Shown piece by piece: positions 8,568-18,333 of a stretch of 64,000 bases of DNA; the stretch's first letter is position 1; each line of letters begins with the position of its first letter. The position numbers and the translations under genes were made by a program. The stretch comes from Candidatus Latescibacterota bacterium (GTDB lineage Bacteria; Latescibacterota; UBA2968), in the NCBI GenBank assembly GCA_965208125.1, contig OZ242320.1, forward strand, positions 2,592,001 through 2,656,000, in the 5' to 3' direction. Below the pieces are notes generated by a model. The model was not told the origin of the DNA and ran no database searches. It worked only from the letters and a program-made list of their open reading frames with translations.

Positions 8568-11500
8568 TTATGCCTCTTCTATGGTTAAGGTTCCATACGC
8601 CACTGGTTCAGCGATAACGTCTGCTTTCTCTAGGGCATTATCCAATTCTTGGATGCGTCTATCGTAGTCAGCGGTTGCGCTCTTGATCTGTGATTGACGC
8701 ATCCTTTGTATTTTTTCGTCGTTTGCCTGTGCAAATTGTTCGACAAGAAGTGCCATGCGTGCCTGGTGGCTCGTTGACAGGCTCTCTTTTCGGTACTTCG
8801 CTAACTCCTGATTCCGTTGCTGATGATCTGTGCGTTCTATGGACCACAACTTATAATGATGAGCGTCTAATTCATCCCAAACAGCAGCGTTGCTTCTGTT
8901 CTGGCTATCTGCATCCACTGCTTGCTCAAGAAGATGACTCAAGTGAGGTGTTACTGCCTCTGAAGGGGCAATTGGCTTGAGCATCAAGTCCTCCCTGATG
9001 CCCTGGAACCGCCATTGGTAAATAGCAAATTCATAACGGCCGACAGGTACTTCATTGGTCTGTGTCTTCAGGCTTACGATGACTCGTTCCTTCGTATCCA
9101 ATGACTTCGCCGCCTGTTTTACCAAGGGATGGAGCGGCATGACAAAAGCGGCCTCGGGGTGCTGCGTGGCGCAGTCTTGATCAAAGGTTATGGATAAGTG
9201 AGGGTCTCCGCCCTTCAGCCAATTCTCCCAATCGCGATAGCCCGTCGTATTCTGTCGGGGAAGTTGCCGAAAGTCACGCAATAGAATATTGCGTGCATCT
9301 TGTGAAAGACGAAGCGTTTTCAAGGGCCTTTCTCCAAGAATAAAGGCATGAGCTTTCCCACATTTTCGCTGTAGATAGAGCGCGACAAGCCTTTGTAGGG
9401 AAGTCGGCTCCAACCAAAAGCTTGAGGCACCTTTAATTTCTTTCTCCATCTGGTCTTCAGGAAGACGAATACCGAAGAGCTCCATTTGTTTCTGTTCCAG
9501 TTTATCTTGTTCTTGTATCAATCGAATCTTGTTATCTGCTAACTGCTGCAACTTAGCTCTTCGATCCTCTTCGGTCAAAGAATAATTCTCCGCTATATTT
9601 TTGACCTCTCTGGTGATTTCCCCGAGTATTTCTTCGCTGCTGCCAAGAGCATTATTGAACACGCCTATGCGAACAAGACAACGCTCATAAATGTCTGCGT
9701 CAACTGTTCCGGGAGTGATCAAATTGACAATAGCGACGGTCTCGCTCTGCTGACCCTTGCGGTCAATGCGACCAATCCGTTGTTCAACGCGCATTGGATT
9801 CCACGGTAGATCATAATTCACAATACAATCGCAAAACTGGTAGTCCAATCCTTCGCAGCCGATTTCTGAAAACAATAAGACATCAAGAGTGTCGCTATCC
9901 TCCCGCGGCTTCTCAAAACGGCTCCGAAGCGCAACTCGCTCTTCATCGGGCGTCCCGCCGTGAATCATGCCGACGCGAACGCCATCTGCTTTGAGATGTT
10001 TATAAAGATAGCCAAGTGTGTGTCGAAAGCTACTAAATAGCATAATTTTGTTGTTGGACAAGCTCTGTTTTTCCCGGATGACTTTGCGAAGGGCCTCCAA
10101 CTTTGGATCATAGGGATCAAGAGATCGTGTCTTCTCGAGTATTACTTGGATTTGCGATTGGATGGAACCAATGTCATCGCTTGATGGGACAGATCTCATA
10201 TCGTCGGCTTCGTCCCATTCTAATTCGTCGAGATGGCGACTTAAAATATCCTTGAGAAAAGGAGCTAATCCATACAAACAACTCGCGGCTTGTCGTCGGA
10301 TCGTGGTCATCATGAATTTGACGTTGATATCCCCATGGAGCCTACGGAATATCTCTGCTTGTACCTGGAGCAAGTCGTAGTGAAGTTGTTGCTGTGAAGC
10401 GGTAAATGGAACGTTGACGGTTTCCGGTTTTCTAATGGTAAACGTGCCGATATCTCGCCGCCGCGTTCTGTTGATAATTCCCGAGAACGTATGCAATGAT
10501 TCAATATCAGTGATGAGTTGCACCCTTTCATCGGCGGCAATACGACCTCCAGCCAGTCGTTCATGGATTCGTTTAAATTCAGGATTATTGCGGAGAATCG
10601 CCCGACCCCAAGACGTTGCGGCTGCCTGGTCAAGGGCTTCTATGGTCCGCGCTGTCCAATCTTGCTCCTGTGTACGTACATAATCCACAGCTTGGTTGAT
10701 GAATGGGTTTGGCTTTGCCATGTGTTCAAAGCTCTCATGATCCAGGATGAGATCGGAACGGAGCGTGTTCAGCAGAACAAATAAGTCATGGCTGCCAAGC
10801 TGTATAGGCGTAGCGGTCAAAAATATCGCGGCTTCGGCGTGGTCGCAGAAAAATCGCACGGCTTGATGAGAGTAAGTACTCTGATTGCGAATATGGTGGG
10901 CTTCATCGACAATCACAAGGTCGAATCGTGGAGGTGGATCCAAGTCCAGCAGACCTTTTCTGCTTTTTCCTCTACCCCTTCTTTTTGAACCGTGAAGGAG
11001 CACCTCGTCAAATAACGAGTAAGGAAGAATTGTTCGCTGGTGTTGTTGGGGCCATACGCCTTCCAGGTCCATTTCCTTGATACAGGATCTCAAGATAGGT
11101 CCATTGAGATGAGTGAAACGCTCGTCAAATCGTTTCATCTCGTTCTCCCATTTGCGTTCGGTCACCAATGGGCGTGGACATATAATGAGGACAGAGTTGA
11201 TGTCACGTCTGGCTTGCAACTCCCGTAGGATCAATCCAGCCTCAATGGTCTTGCCTACACCCACGCCATCTGCGATCAGTAGTCTCGGACGGTCTGATCG
11301 AATGAATCTTAGCACTGGGCGAAACTGGTAGGGTATAAAGTCAACGCGAGCCGCGTTGAGTGAATACAAGTTTGATAGGCTCGGATGCTGTATTTGTAGG
11401 GCGGTCAAGTAGGCGTGGAACTGATCGCGCGAAAGAGATTGAAAGTCGTCTTCGGGTTGCTCTCCGGCCTTCAACTGAGAAGCGTAATACGTGTGGATAT

Positions 11501-11624
11501 TTCCCTCTGTAAAAACCCTAACCCGATCCTCATTCCCACCCGGCAATACCTCAACAACCGCTCCCTTCACAGAAGAATCGGACTTCAAGACCACAATTTG
11601 TCCCTGTGAAAATTCCATCTCCAT
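8568..11624 (-). CDS. SNF2-family helicase/ATPase (RapA/DrmD-like)
   Basis: YQFRPV, LIADGVGVGKTIEAG (Walker A), IVDEAHH, LTATP, CEGLDYQ, NYDLPWNPMRVEQRIGRIDR. Confidence 0.92.
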   Translation of the reverse strand: MEMEFSQGQIVVLKSDSSVKGAVVEVLPGGNEDRVRVFTEGNIHTYYASQLKAGEQPEDDFQSLSRDQFHAYLTALQIQHPSLSNLYSLNAARVDFIPYQFRPVLRFIRSDRPRLLIADGVGVGKTIEAGLILRELQARRDINSVLIICPRPLVTERKWENEMKRFDERFTHLNGPILRSCIKEMDLEGVWPQQHQRTILPYSLFDEVLLHGSKRRGRGKSRKGLLDLDPPPRFDLVIVDEAHHIRNQSTYSHQAVRFFCDHAEAAIFLTATPIQLGSHDLFVLLNTLRSDLILDHESFEHMAKPNPFINQAVDYVRTQEQDWTARTIEALDQAAATSWGRAILRNNPEFKRIHERLAGGRIAADERVQLITDIESLHTFSGIINRTRRRDIGTFTIRKPETVNVPFTASQQQLHYDLLQVQAEIFRRLHGDINVKFMMTTIRRQAASCLYGLAPFLKDILSRHLDELEWDEADDMRSVPSSDDIGSIQSQIQVILEKTRSLDPYDPKLEALRKVIREKQSLSNNKIMLFSSFRHTLGYLYKHLKADGVRVGMIHGGTPDEERVALRSRFEKPREDSDTLDVLLFSEIGCEGLDYQFCDCIVNYDLPWNPMRVEQRIGRIDRKGQQSETVAIVNLITPGTVDADIYERCLVRIGVFNNALGSSEEILGEITREVKNIAENYSLTEEDRRAKLQQLADNKIRLIQEQDKLEQKQMELFGIRLPEDQMEKEIKGASSFWLEPTSLQRLVALYLQRKCGKAHAFILGERPLKTLRLSQDARNILLRDFRQLPRQNTTGYRDWENWLKGGDPHLSITFDQDCATQHPEAAFVMPLHPLVKQAAKSLDTKERVIVSLKTQTNEVPVGRYEFAIYQWRFQGIREDLMLKPIAPSEAVTPHLSHLLEQAVDADSQNRSNAAVWDELDAHHYKLWSIERTDHQQRNQELAKYRKESLSTSHQARMALLVEQFAQANDEKIQRMRQSQIKSATADYDRRIQELDNALEKADVIAEPVAYGTLTIEEA

Positions 11625-11637
11625 TATTTATCTTCCT

Positions 11638-11802
11638 ATTGAGTTTGGTGGTGAGTTTCTCTGCCAATTCATCCAGTATTTCTGGACAGGTTAATCCTTC
11701 AATTTTGCCCTGTCGTGTCAGTTCAAGACAGCGATATGGGTTACCTCCCCAGCCGATACCAGACAACAGAATGTTTGTATCATAAACGACTATGGGTTGC
11801 AT
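11638..11802 (-). pseudogene. Truncated PIN-family TA toxin (N-terminal ~55 aa)
   Basis: VVYDTNILLSG..WGGNPYRCL...EILDELAEKL; the frame runs into the SNF2 gene and stops at 11551, lacking the C-terminal acidic catalytic residues. Confidence 0.75.
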
Positions 11803-12047
11803 TCACGATCCTCATGGATGAGGTCATCGACAAAATTCTCGCGTTCTGCTTCGCTCATCGTGTCCCAATCCAATCCCCGAGACGCACATAACTTTCGAAA
11901 CTGCGTTTCGGCATAGTCCATGCCTTCCGCCCGACTGGTTTCTGCCTGTTCTGCAAGCGCGAGTAATACTGCTCGCTTCTCTTCCGGCGGTATCTGCTGG
12001 ACAAAATCAATGACCTGATCGGTTGTTAATTCAAGGGTCAAATTCAT
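11790..12047 (-). CDS. Putative antitoxin of the PIN module
   Basis: 85-aa acidic protein overlapping the PIN start by 13 bp; GLDWDTMSEAERENFVDDLIHE tail. Confidence 0.65.
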   Translation of the reverse strand: MNLTLELTTDQVIDFVQQIPPEEKRAVLLALAEQAETSRAEGMDYAETQFRKLCASRGLDWDTMSEAERENFVDDLIHEDRECNP

Positions 12048-12093
12048 GTCAATCCATGTATTGAGAAAGTTTAGTTAGCCGCAGCCAGTGGCT

Positions 12094-13155
12094 TCACAGC
12101 CGAATCCAATCTGATAGGTTCTCGTGCTGGAAGATCATGGTCTCCTGGATGTTCGACATCCGCCCCTTTCCCGCTTCTTTGGCTCGTTGGTACATCGCAT
12201 AAGCAATAGCGACATCGACATAGGCCAGGCCAACTGCGTTGAAGTAGGCCCGTTCTCCGGGGGTCTCTCTTCCTCCTTTTTCACCGGAGACGACTTCGAC
12301 GAGGTTCGCGTAGATGTCTTCGTCCGAAAGTTGCCCATCTTTGTACATACGACTGAGCGTTTGCGTTCTGTGCTTTACGGTTTCCCAATCGTCGCACACA
12401 ATTTTGTCGCATTGTCTCGCCACGTCGTATTCGTCCTCCCAGCCGCCGATATGGCTGTAGAAAGTTCCGGGCTTTATCCATGCCGCTTTGAGAAGTGGGG
12501 CTTGTGCGCTCGTGGCTGTGACGAGAATGTCGGCGCCCTCTATGGCCCGCTGTGCGTTTGTATGGGCTGCGGAAAAACGCATGTCGCGAAAGAGTGTCGC
12601 CATTTCGTTGATGAATTGCTGCTCTTCGTGGTCATGCTTGGCAGAGACCCGGCACTCCTCAAGGCCTGGAAACACCGTCTTCATGGCGATCAAGTGCATC
12701 TTGGCCTGTTCTCCTGCCCCAATGAAGGCAATGCTCTTAGAATCCGGCCTTGCGAAATGCCTGGCGGCAATGGCTCCCATCGCGCCTACGCGCATATTCG
12801 AGCACAGTGTGCCGTCCATAAAGGCAATGGGGTAGCCTTTCTCGATCTCGGATAGGATGAAGACTGCGGAGAGATTCTGCTGGCCGTATTTCTCGGGATT
12901 GAACGGGAATACGGATACCCACTTAGCCCCACATATTTTTTCGGGCAAGAGTGTTGCCGGCAGGCAGTTAATGCGATCCTGGGTGTCTTCATTGAAGATC
13001 TGAACTACTTTTTCTGGAAATAGGATGTCGTTTTTTTGGTAGGCGAGCATGGCGTTTTCCGCCGCGCTTATGGCCAACCGTATGTCCAGGCATCCGGCTT
13101 GCAGGAGGTCTTCTTGAGAAAGAAAGAGACATTCGATGCGATGCTTATCCGTCAT
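12094..13155 (-). CDS. Ornithine cyclodeaminase/mu-crystallin family protein
   Basis: AKWVSVFP.NP, SNMRVGA, FIGAGEQA, VGLAYVD; start at ATG 13155 after AAGGAG. Confidence 0.88.
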   Translation of the reverse strand: MTDKHRIECLFLSQEDLLQAGCLDIRLAISAAENAMLAYQKNDILFPEKVVQIFNEDTQDRINCLPATLLPEKICGAKWVSVFPFNPEKYGQQNLSAVFILSEIEKGYPIAFMDGTLCSNMRVGAMGAIAARHFARPDSKSIAFIGAGEQAKMHLIAMKTVFPGLEECRVSAKHDHEEQQFINEMATLFRDMRFSAAHTNAQRAIEGADILVTATSAQAPLLKAAWIKPGTFYSHIGGWEDEYDVARQCDKIVCDDWETVKHRTQTLSRMYKDGQLSDEDIYANLVEVVSGEKGGRETPGERAYFNAVGLAYVDVAIAYAMYQRAKEAGKGRMSNIQETMIFQHENLSDWIRL

Positions 13156-13168
13156 GGGTTCTCCTTTT

Positions 13169-14209
13169 TTAGAGATTAACGCGCAGATTGCCCGCGTGAT
13201 GCGAGTCCAGTATGCCGAGCATGATCTGAAGTGTTTTTCTGGCTTCGCGTGCGGGCGATACGAGTGTGCCGCCGTTTTCGAGGACGTGGATGAGTTCTGA
13301 GACTGCGCCAATTTGTCGGATCGATATATACGGCTCCACGGGAACCGCTGCATGCGACCACCAGCGCGGCTCTTGTTGTGTGATTACCTCGAATTTCTGA
13401 TCTGAGATTTCAATCCGTCCATTTTCACATGTCAGAGAAAATTTCGATCCGTTAAATGCCATTTTGTGGCAGTTGTAAAATGCGCGGACATCATTGTCAA
13501 AATGGATGTACGCCGATGCATAAGGGTCGGTCGCCGGGTCGTGTCCGCCATCGCCTTTGTATTCGGTGAAGTGCTCGAATCCGGGTTCCAGTTCGCCGAC
13601 CAGCCATTCGGGGTTTGCTTCGGCAAAAAAGCACATCATGTCGATCATGTGCGTGCCGTTGCGGAACATCATGGCGCGCGTTCCGAATTGGTCGCAGACG
13701 ATGGTTCGCAAGCGGCCCATTTCGCCGGATCGGATCATTTCCCGTGCTTGTAGATAGCTCGGATACCAGCGGCGCGTGTGTTCAATCGAGAGCGGTACGT
13801 TATTTGCTTCGGCTGCTGCGATCATGCGGTCGGCGTCGTCCATGGTTGTGGCAATGGGTTTTTCGCACAGGATTGCCTGTGCCGACCCCTCGGCGGCGGC
13901 TACTGTGATATCGGCGTGTGCGTGATCAGATGTCACGACACTGACGAGGTCGGGTTGCTCTTTGTCCAGCATTTCCCTGAAATCTGTGTACGTGTTCACA
14001 TCGGGCCAGACGTCGCCCCATCGCTCGCAGAAGTCATCCAGTACCTCCTGACGCAGGTCGCATACGCCGACGACTTCTGTCTGTGCGTGTTTGTGATATG
14101 CCGATGCGTGAGACGGTGGCATGGCACCGAAAACAGGTCCTCTCGTTTCGTGCGGGCGGCTGGCACCAATGCCCGTCAAGCCTACGATTACAGCGCGGTA
14201 CGTGTTCAT
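13169..14209 (-). CDS. Gfo/Idh/MocA family oxidoreductase
   Basis: IVGLTGIG, LCEKPIA, GTHMID. Confidence 0.9.
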   Translation of the reverse strand: MNTYRAVIVGLTGIGASRPHETRGPVFGAMPPSHASAYHKHAQTEVVGVCDLRQEVLDDFCERWGDVWPDVNTYTDFREMLDKEQPDLVSVVTSDHAHADITVAAAEGSAQAILCEKPIATTMDDADRMIAAAEANNVPLSIEHTRRWYPSYLQAREMIRSGEMGRLRTIVCDQFGTRAMMFRNGTHMIDMMCFFAEANPEWLVGELEPGFEHFTEYKGDGGHDPATDPYASAYIHFDNDVRAFYNCHKMAFNGSKFSLTCENGRIEISDQKFEVITQQEPRWWSHAAVPVEPYISIRQIGAVSELIHVLENGGTLVSPAREARKTLQIMLGILDSHHAGNLRVNL

Positions 14210-14310
14210 CTTATACCTCCTATTGAAAATAAAAACGATTTGTTTATATTCAAATGGACAAATAGAATGACCAGTTATATATTATGCTAAATTTAAACGG
14301 AGCACACGAT

Positions 14311-14535
14311 ATGAAAACAATTGGAGCCTCAAAGTTCAAGGAGCAGTGTCTGGCCTTGTTGGATCAATTGGATACCGAAGGTTTGGTCGTTACCAAACGC
14401 GGCAAGCCGGTCGCGTGCGTCATACCTTATGACCAATTGTGCGCTGATCTGATCGGCAGTTTGCGTCACAAAGTCAAGGTTCGTGGCGACATCTTTACGA
14501 CCGATGTCCAATGGGAAGCAGATGCTCAATCTTGA
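14311..14535 (+). CDS. Phd/YefM family antitoxin
   Basis: IGASKFKEQCLALLD...VVTKRGKPVA; overlaps the downstream PIN gene. Confidence 0.88.
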   Translation: MKTIGASKFKEQCLALLDQLDTEGLVVTKRGKPVACVIPYDQLCADLIGSLRHKVKVRGDIFTTDVQWEADAQS

Positions 14536-14890
14536 TACGCATATCCTTATCTTCGCGGTCAGTGGCGATCTTCGACCAGCCGAGCAGGCCTTGTTGTCGC
14601 AGAACAGGTGGTCTGTTTCAGCCATTGTGTTCTGGGAACTGGCTAAGCTCGTTCAACTCGGTCGTCTTGATATGGACCTCGATGACCGAGATGTGGTCCG
14701 CACACTGAGCCGTCTGCATGTGTGGCCGATTGATCTTGCTGTTGCGCGTGCCTCAACTCAACTCGACTTTCGAAGCGACCCTGCGGACGAACTTATTGCC
14801 GCTACCAGCGTCGTTCATGATATTCCATTGCTCACACGCGATCGCACCATGCGACGTTCAAAAGTTGTTCCAATGGCCTTGCAGGTCTAA
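14522..14890 (+). CDS. vapC: VapC (PIN) toxin
   Basis: LDTHILI, SAIVFWELAKL, DPADELIAAT, LLTRD. Confidence 0.9.
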   Translation: MLNLDTHILIFAVSGDLRPAEQALLSQNRWSVSAIVFWELAKLVQLGRLDMDLDDRDVVRTLSRLHVWPIDLAVARASTQLDFRSDPADELIAATSVVHDIPLLTRDRTMRRSKVVPMALQV

Positions 14891-14902
14891 TGGTCAGACT
14901 TT

Positions 14903-15952
14903 TCAATCTAGTAAACGATTAACCACATGGTCCTCTGTTGTGATGAGAGGATGTTGTTCATTTTGCAAGGGCAAGGTGACTGGTTCGCCTGTGTGTGCGG
15001 CTTGATAGGCGGCTGTCGTGAGCAGGGCAACGGATAGTCCGTCTTCTGCACTGGTGACGGGTGTTGTGTCTTGTTCGATGCAGTCGATGAGATGCGACAC
15101 ACAGGCCGCCAATCCCGCTGCTCTGGGTGGTGGCGTATCGACGAGTTTTCCGTTGACGGAATATCCCAGTCGATCTACCTGAACCCACGCGCCTTCGCCC
15201 GTGATGTTGACGCAATCGAATGTGGCATCCTCGCTTCGTGCCTTTGATCTTCCTGCGGTGAGTGTTGCCGTGAAATTGGGATATTCACACCAGAGCGTGG
15301 CAATGTCTTCTGTGCCAAATTGCTCGTATTCCTCAAAATAGAGATTTTGCATTTGGCAACTCACCCTGTTGGGCATGCCAAAAAACCAGAGCAGAGCATC
15401 CACAGTATGGCTACCCAAATTCATCAGTTCACCCCCGCCATTTTGCACGGCTGGCGTCGGATAGCTTACATAAGCCATGAGGTCGCCAAAAAATTGTTTT
15501 ACGCTGTTGTGGGCATATGCGGAGATATGTCCGTATTCGCTCCGGTCAAGGGCTTCTTTGAGTCTTATCATCGCGGGCGAAAATCGCGAAGGATAGGTTA
15601 GCAGTACTTTGTTTGATGCGCTGGCGACAGTATCGACTAATTCTCTGGCTTCGACAACGGTTCGCGCGATGGCTTTATCGACCAGTACGTGTTTGCCACA
15701 GTCGAGTGCTTTTTTGATCAGGGTGCGTTTGAGATAAAAGTCCGTGCAGATGGAGACGATATCCACGTTCGGGTCTTCCAGTACTGCGTCGTAGTCTCGC
15801 GCGACTTTAAGGCCGTAAAGTTGAGATAGTGCCTCGCCTTTGCCTTTGTGGTGCTCTGCCGCTGCGACGATTTTGCAATCTTCTCGTTCATGCCAGATCG
15901 GGCCGTAACTATTCTGGTGCGCCCGATTGCCAATGAGTCCAATGCGATACAT
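14903..15952 (-). CDS. Gfo/Idh/MocA family oxidoreductase
   Basis: GKHVLVDKAIA, GGGELMNLGSHTVD. Confidence 0.87.
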   Translation of the reverse strand: MYRIGLIGNRAHQNSYGPIWHEREDCKIVAAAEHHKGKGEALSQLYGLKVARDYDAVLEDPNVDIVSICTDFYLKRTLIKKALDCGKHVLVDKAIARTVVEARELVDTVASASNKVLLTYPSRFSPAMIRLKEALDRSEYGHISAYAHNSVKQFFGDLMAYVSYPTPAVQNGGGELMNLGSHTVDALLWFFGMPNRVSCQMQNLYFEEYEQFGTEDIATLWCEYPNFTATLTAGRSKARSEDATFDCVNITGEGAWVQVDRLGYSVNGKLVDTPPPRAAGLAACVSHLIDCIEQDTTPVTSAEDGLSVALLTTAAYQAAHTGEPVTLPLQNEQHPLITTEDHVVNRLLD

Positions 15953-15955
15953 GGT

Positions 15956-16777
15956 TTATTTCCCTCCGTAGGTGGGCGATGAAAATTCGGGCTGCTGCGA
16001 CCAGTGGTCAACTTTTCCCATTACCCTGTAGAGTTCGGGGCGCCGGTCGCTCAGATGGTTTTCATCGGATACGTCTTTGAGATCGACTTTGTGGATTAAC
16101 ACGTCGGGTACGTTGGATTGCAATTTTGCCGCGACTTTGCCGTGCGGGTCTGTGACCAGGGCTACGTTGGGATGCGTGAAGCACACAAACATCTGATTTT
16201 CATAGGATCGCGTGCGCATCCACCATTCATTTTCTTCATGCCACATGCCATAGGTTGGCATGAGACAGATTTTCGCGCCTTTGAGCCGCAATGTGCGAAT
16301 CGATTCGGGCCATCGGCGGTCCGCGCAAATGACTATGCCTACTGTGCCAATGTCGAGGTCGAATACGGGCAGGTCATCGCCGCGCACAAAACGGTGATCG
16401 TGCGATTGTAGATGCGTTTTGTAATATGTGCCGACAATTTTTCCCGCGCGGTTCACTAATATAGCGGCATTGTAAAAATATCCCGCGCGTTTTTCAGTGT
16501 ATCCAAAAACGATGTGGGTGCGCGATGCGCGTGCCATTTTGCATACCTGTTGGATGTACGCGCTTTGCTCGACGTCCTGAGCGACTTCGGCAAAGCGCTC
16601 TGCGGTCCAATTTTTTTCGGTTACTGCATATCCGTCCAGGAAGCATTCCGGGGTTATGAATACGTCTGTATCTTTTCCATGTGTTTCAAATTGTTTTTCA
16701 AATATCGTCCAATTTTTCTCGACATTCCATTTTTCGGGCATGGCTTTCAGCATTCCAATTTTGATTTTATCGGACAT
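15956..16777 (-). CDS. Carbon-nitrogen hydrolase (nitrilase superfamily)
   Basis: E-K-C triad: TPECF, YYKTHL, ICADRRWPE. Confidence 0.9.
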   Translation of the reverse strand: MSDKIKIGMLKAMPEKWNVEKNWTIFEKQFETHGKDTDVFITPECFLDGYAVTEKNWTAERFAEVAQDVEQSAYIQQVCKMARASRTHIVFGYTEKRAGYFYNAAILVNRAGKIVGTYYKTHLQSHDHRFVRGDDLPVFDLDIGTVGIVICADRRWPESIRTLRLKGAKICLMPTYGMWHEENEWWMRTRSYENQMFVCFTHPNVALVTDPHGKVAAKLQSNVPDVLIHKVDLKDVSDENHLSDRRPELYRVMGKVDHWSQQPEFSSPTYGGK

Positions 16778-16792
16778 ATGGTTTCTCCTTAG

Positions 16793-17938
16793 CTATACGC
16801 CCCTCAGAGCCTGCTCAAAGTCCGCGCATAAGTCCTCTGCGGCTTCGATGCCGACTGCTACTCGGATCAGTCGCTCGGAGATTCCCGCGTCGCGGCGTTC
16901 TTCTTCGGTGAGTCCGGAGTGCGATGTTTGTACGGGGCGGGTGATGAGTGTTTCGATACCGCCCAGGCTGGGTGCGGAGATTGGCAATTGTAGTTTCGAT
17001 ATTACCTCATCAGCTACGCGGCTGTCGCCAGCTATTTCAAAGCTCAATACGCCGCCACATCCGTTAAATAGTGTTTTTGCACAGTTGTGTTGCGGATGGC
17101 TGGGTGAGCCAGGATAATTTACGCGTTCTACGGCGGGGTGGTTTTCCAGAAAAGAAGATAGTGCGTGTGCGTTTTCGTTTTGTTTTTCCACGCGCAGGAC
17201 GAGTGTTTTCATGCCGCGTAATAAGAGAGAGCAGGCGTGTGGGTCCAGGCAGCCGCCCATGATGTTCAGACGATGCACAATGCGGGTGATCAGGTCATGT
17301 GATCCAATTGCACAGCCAGCGACGATATCCGAATGTCCGTTCAGGTATTTTGTGCAACTGTGCAAGGAGAGGTCAAAGCCCATTTGTAGAGGGCGGAAGT
17401 TTACTGGCGAGGCAAAGGTGTTGTCGATCATGGAGATGAGGTTGTGGGATCGGGCAAAGGCGACGACGGATGGGAGGTCGGCGACTTCGAGAAGGGGATT
17501 GCTCATGGTTTCGACATAGATGGCGCGGGTTTCAGGGCGTATCAGTTTTTCCCATTCATGTGGCGCGTTTCCGGATACGAAATCCACGTCGATTCCAAAG
17601 TCGGCGATGTCGCGTGCCAAAAAAACGCGCGTTCCGCCGTAGAGACAATTTTGTGCGAGGAGGTGGTCGCCTTTTTTTAGTACGGTCAATAGGGCGGTGG
17701 TTATGGCTGCCATGCCCGATGCGGTGACTACGGCGGCTTCTCCGTCCGCGATTTGTGCCAGTTTTTCATGGACCACGGTGTGATTGGGGGTGTTGTTCAG
17801 GCGCAGATATTTTATGTCGTGATAACTGTCTTCACTGCTGTATGAAAATGTGGCACTCTGAAATACGGGTAGCGCGACCGCGCCTTCGTATTTTTTTTCT
17901 TCTTCACCTGCGTGGATTAATTGCGTTTCAAGGTTCAT
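16793..17938 (-). CDS. Cys/Met metabolism PLP enzyme (cystathionine gamma-synthase/lyase family)
   Basis: ASGMAAI, DNTFASP, HSCTKYLNGHSD (PLP Lys), SLGGIETL. Confidence 0.92.
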   Translation of the reverse strand: MNLETQLIHAGEEEKKYEGAVALPVFQSATFSYSSEDSYHDIKYLRLNNTPNHTVVHEKLAQIADGEAAVVTASGMAAITTALLTVLKKGDHLLAQNCLYGGTRVFLARDIADFGIDVDFVSGNAPHEWEKLIRPETRAIYVETMSNPLLEVADLPSVVAFARSHNLISMIDNTFASPVNFRPLQMGFDLSLHSCTKYLNGHSDIVAGCAIGSHDLITRIVHRLNIMGGCLDPHACSLLLRGMKTLVLRVEKQNENAHALSSFLENHPAVERVNYPGSPSHPQHNCAKTLFNGCGGVLSFEIAGDSRVADEVISKLQLPISAPSLGGIETLITRPVQTSHSGLTEEERRDAGISERLIRVAVGIEAAEDLCADFEQALRGV

Positions 17939-17956
17939 GAGAGGTTCCTCGGTTAT

Positions 17957-17984
17957 GTAGGGGCGGTGCCCCTGTGCCCGCCCC
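17957..17984 (+). repeat. GTAG-type REP palindrome
   Basis: GTAG-GGGCGG-tgcccctgtgc-CCGCCC(C); same class as the 51566-51725 cluster. Confidence 0.7.
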
Positions 17985-18105
17985 GCTAAGATAGGCGTCA
18001 TTAAGTTATTGTCCTCATCCTTGCTCTATGATTATACATTTCGGTGTTGGGAGCAACCCAAAACACCATTGCCTTATGCTATCCGGGATAATTGCCTGTT
18101 TCCAC

Positions 18106-18134
18106 TTGACAGTATATGGCAGTTTTGATACTTT
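18106..18134 (+). promoter_or_regulatory. Sigma70-like promoter for tRNA-Arg
   Basis: TTGACA-17 bp-TACTTT. Confidence 0.6.
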
Positions 18135-18187
18135 TATTCGTCTTACGACATTGTGTTGTCTCAAATATACTTAAGTTCTTGATTTTA

Positions 18188-18264
18188 GCGGATGTAGCTC
18201 AACTGGATAGAGCACCTGACTACGGATCAGACGGTTCCGGGTTCGAATCCTGGCATCCGCACCA
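18188..18264 (+). tRNA. tRNA-Arg (ACG)
   Basis: GCGGATG/CATCCGC acceptor stem, D arm AGCTCAACTGGATAGAGC, anticodon loop CT-ACG-GA, GGTTCGAATCC, encoded CCA. Confidence 0.96.
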
Positions 18265-18270
18265 GATAAG

Positions 18271-18311
18271 AAAAAGGGGTTACATCGCAATGGTGTAACC
18301 CCTTTTTTTTT
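18271..18311 (+). terminator. Intrinsic terminator after tRNA-Arg
   Basis: aaaaaggggttacatc...ggtgtaacccc followed by a T run. Confidence 0.85.
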
Positions 18312-18333
18312 CAAAGTAAAGGCGGGGAGTTAT

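Noticed and set aside
8568-11624. Calling island 1 DISARM
   Set aside because: Only a DrmD-like helicase is present; there is no methylase, DrmA, DrmB or DrmC in the window.
4064-12089. ttagccgc...ccagt similarity at both ends of island 1 as att sites
   Set aside because: Only 8+5 matching bases with an indel, and the left copy is part of a palindromic repeat; compatible with chance.
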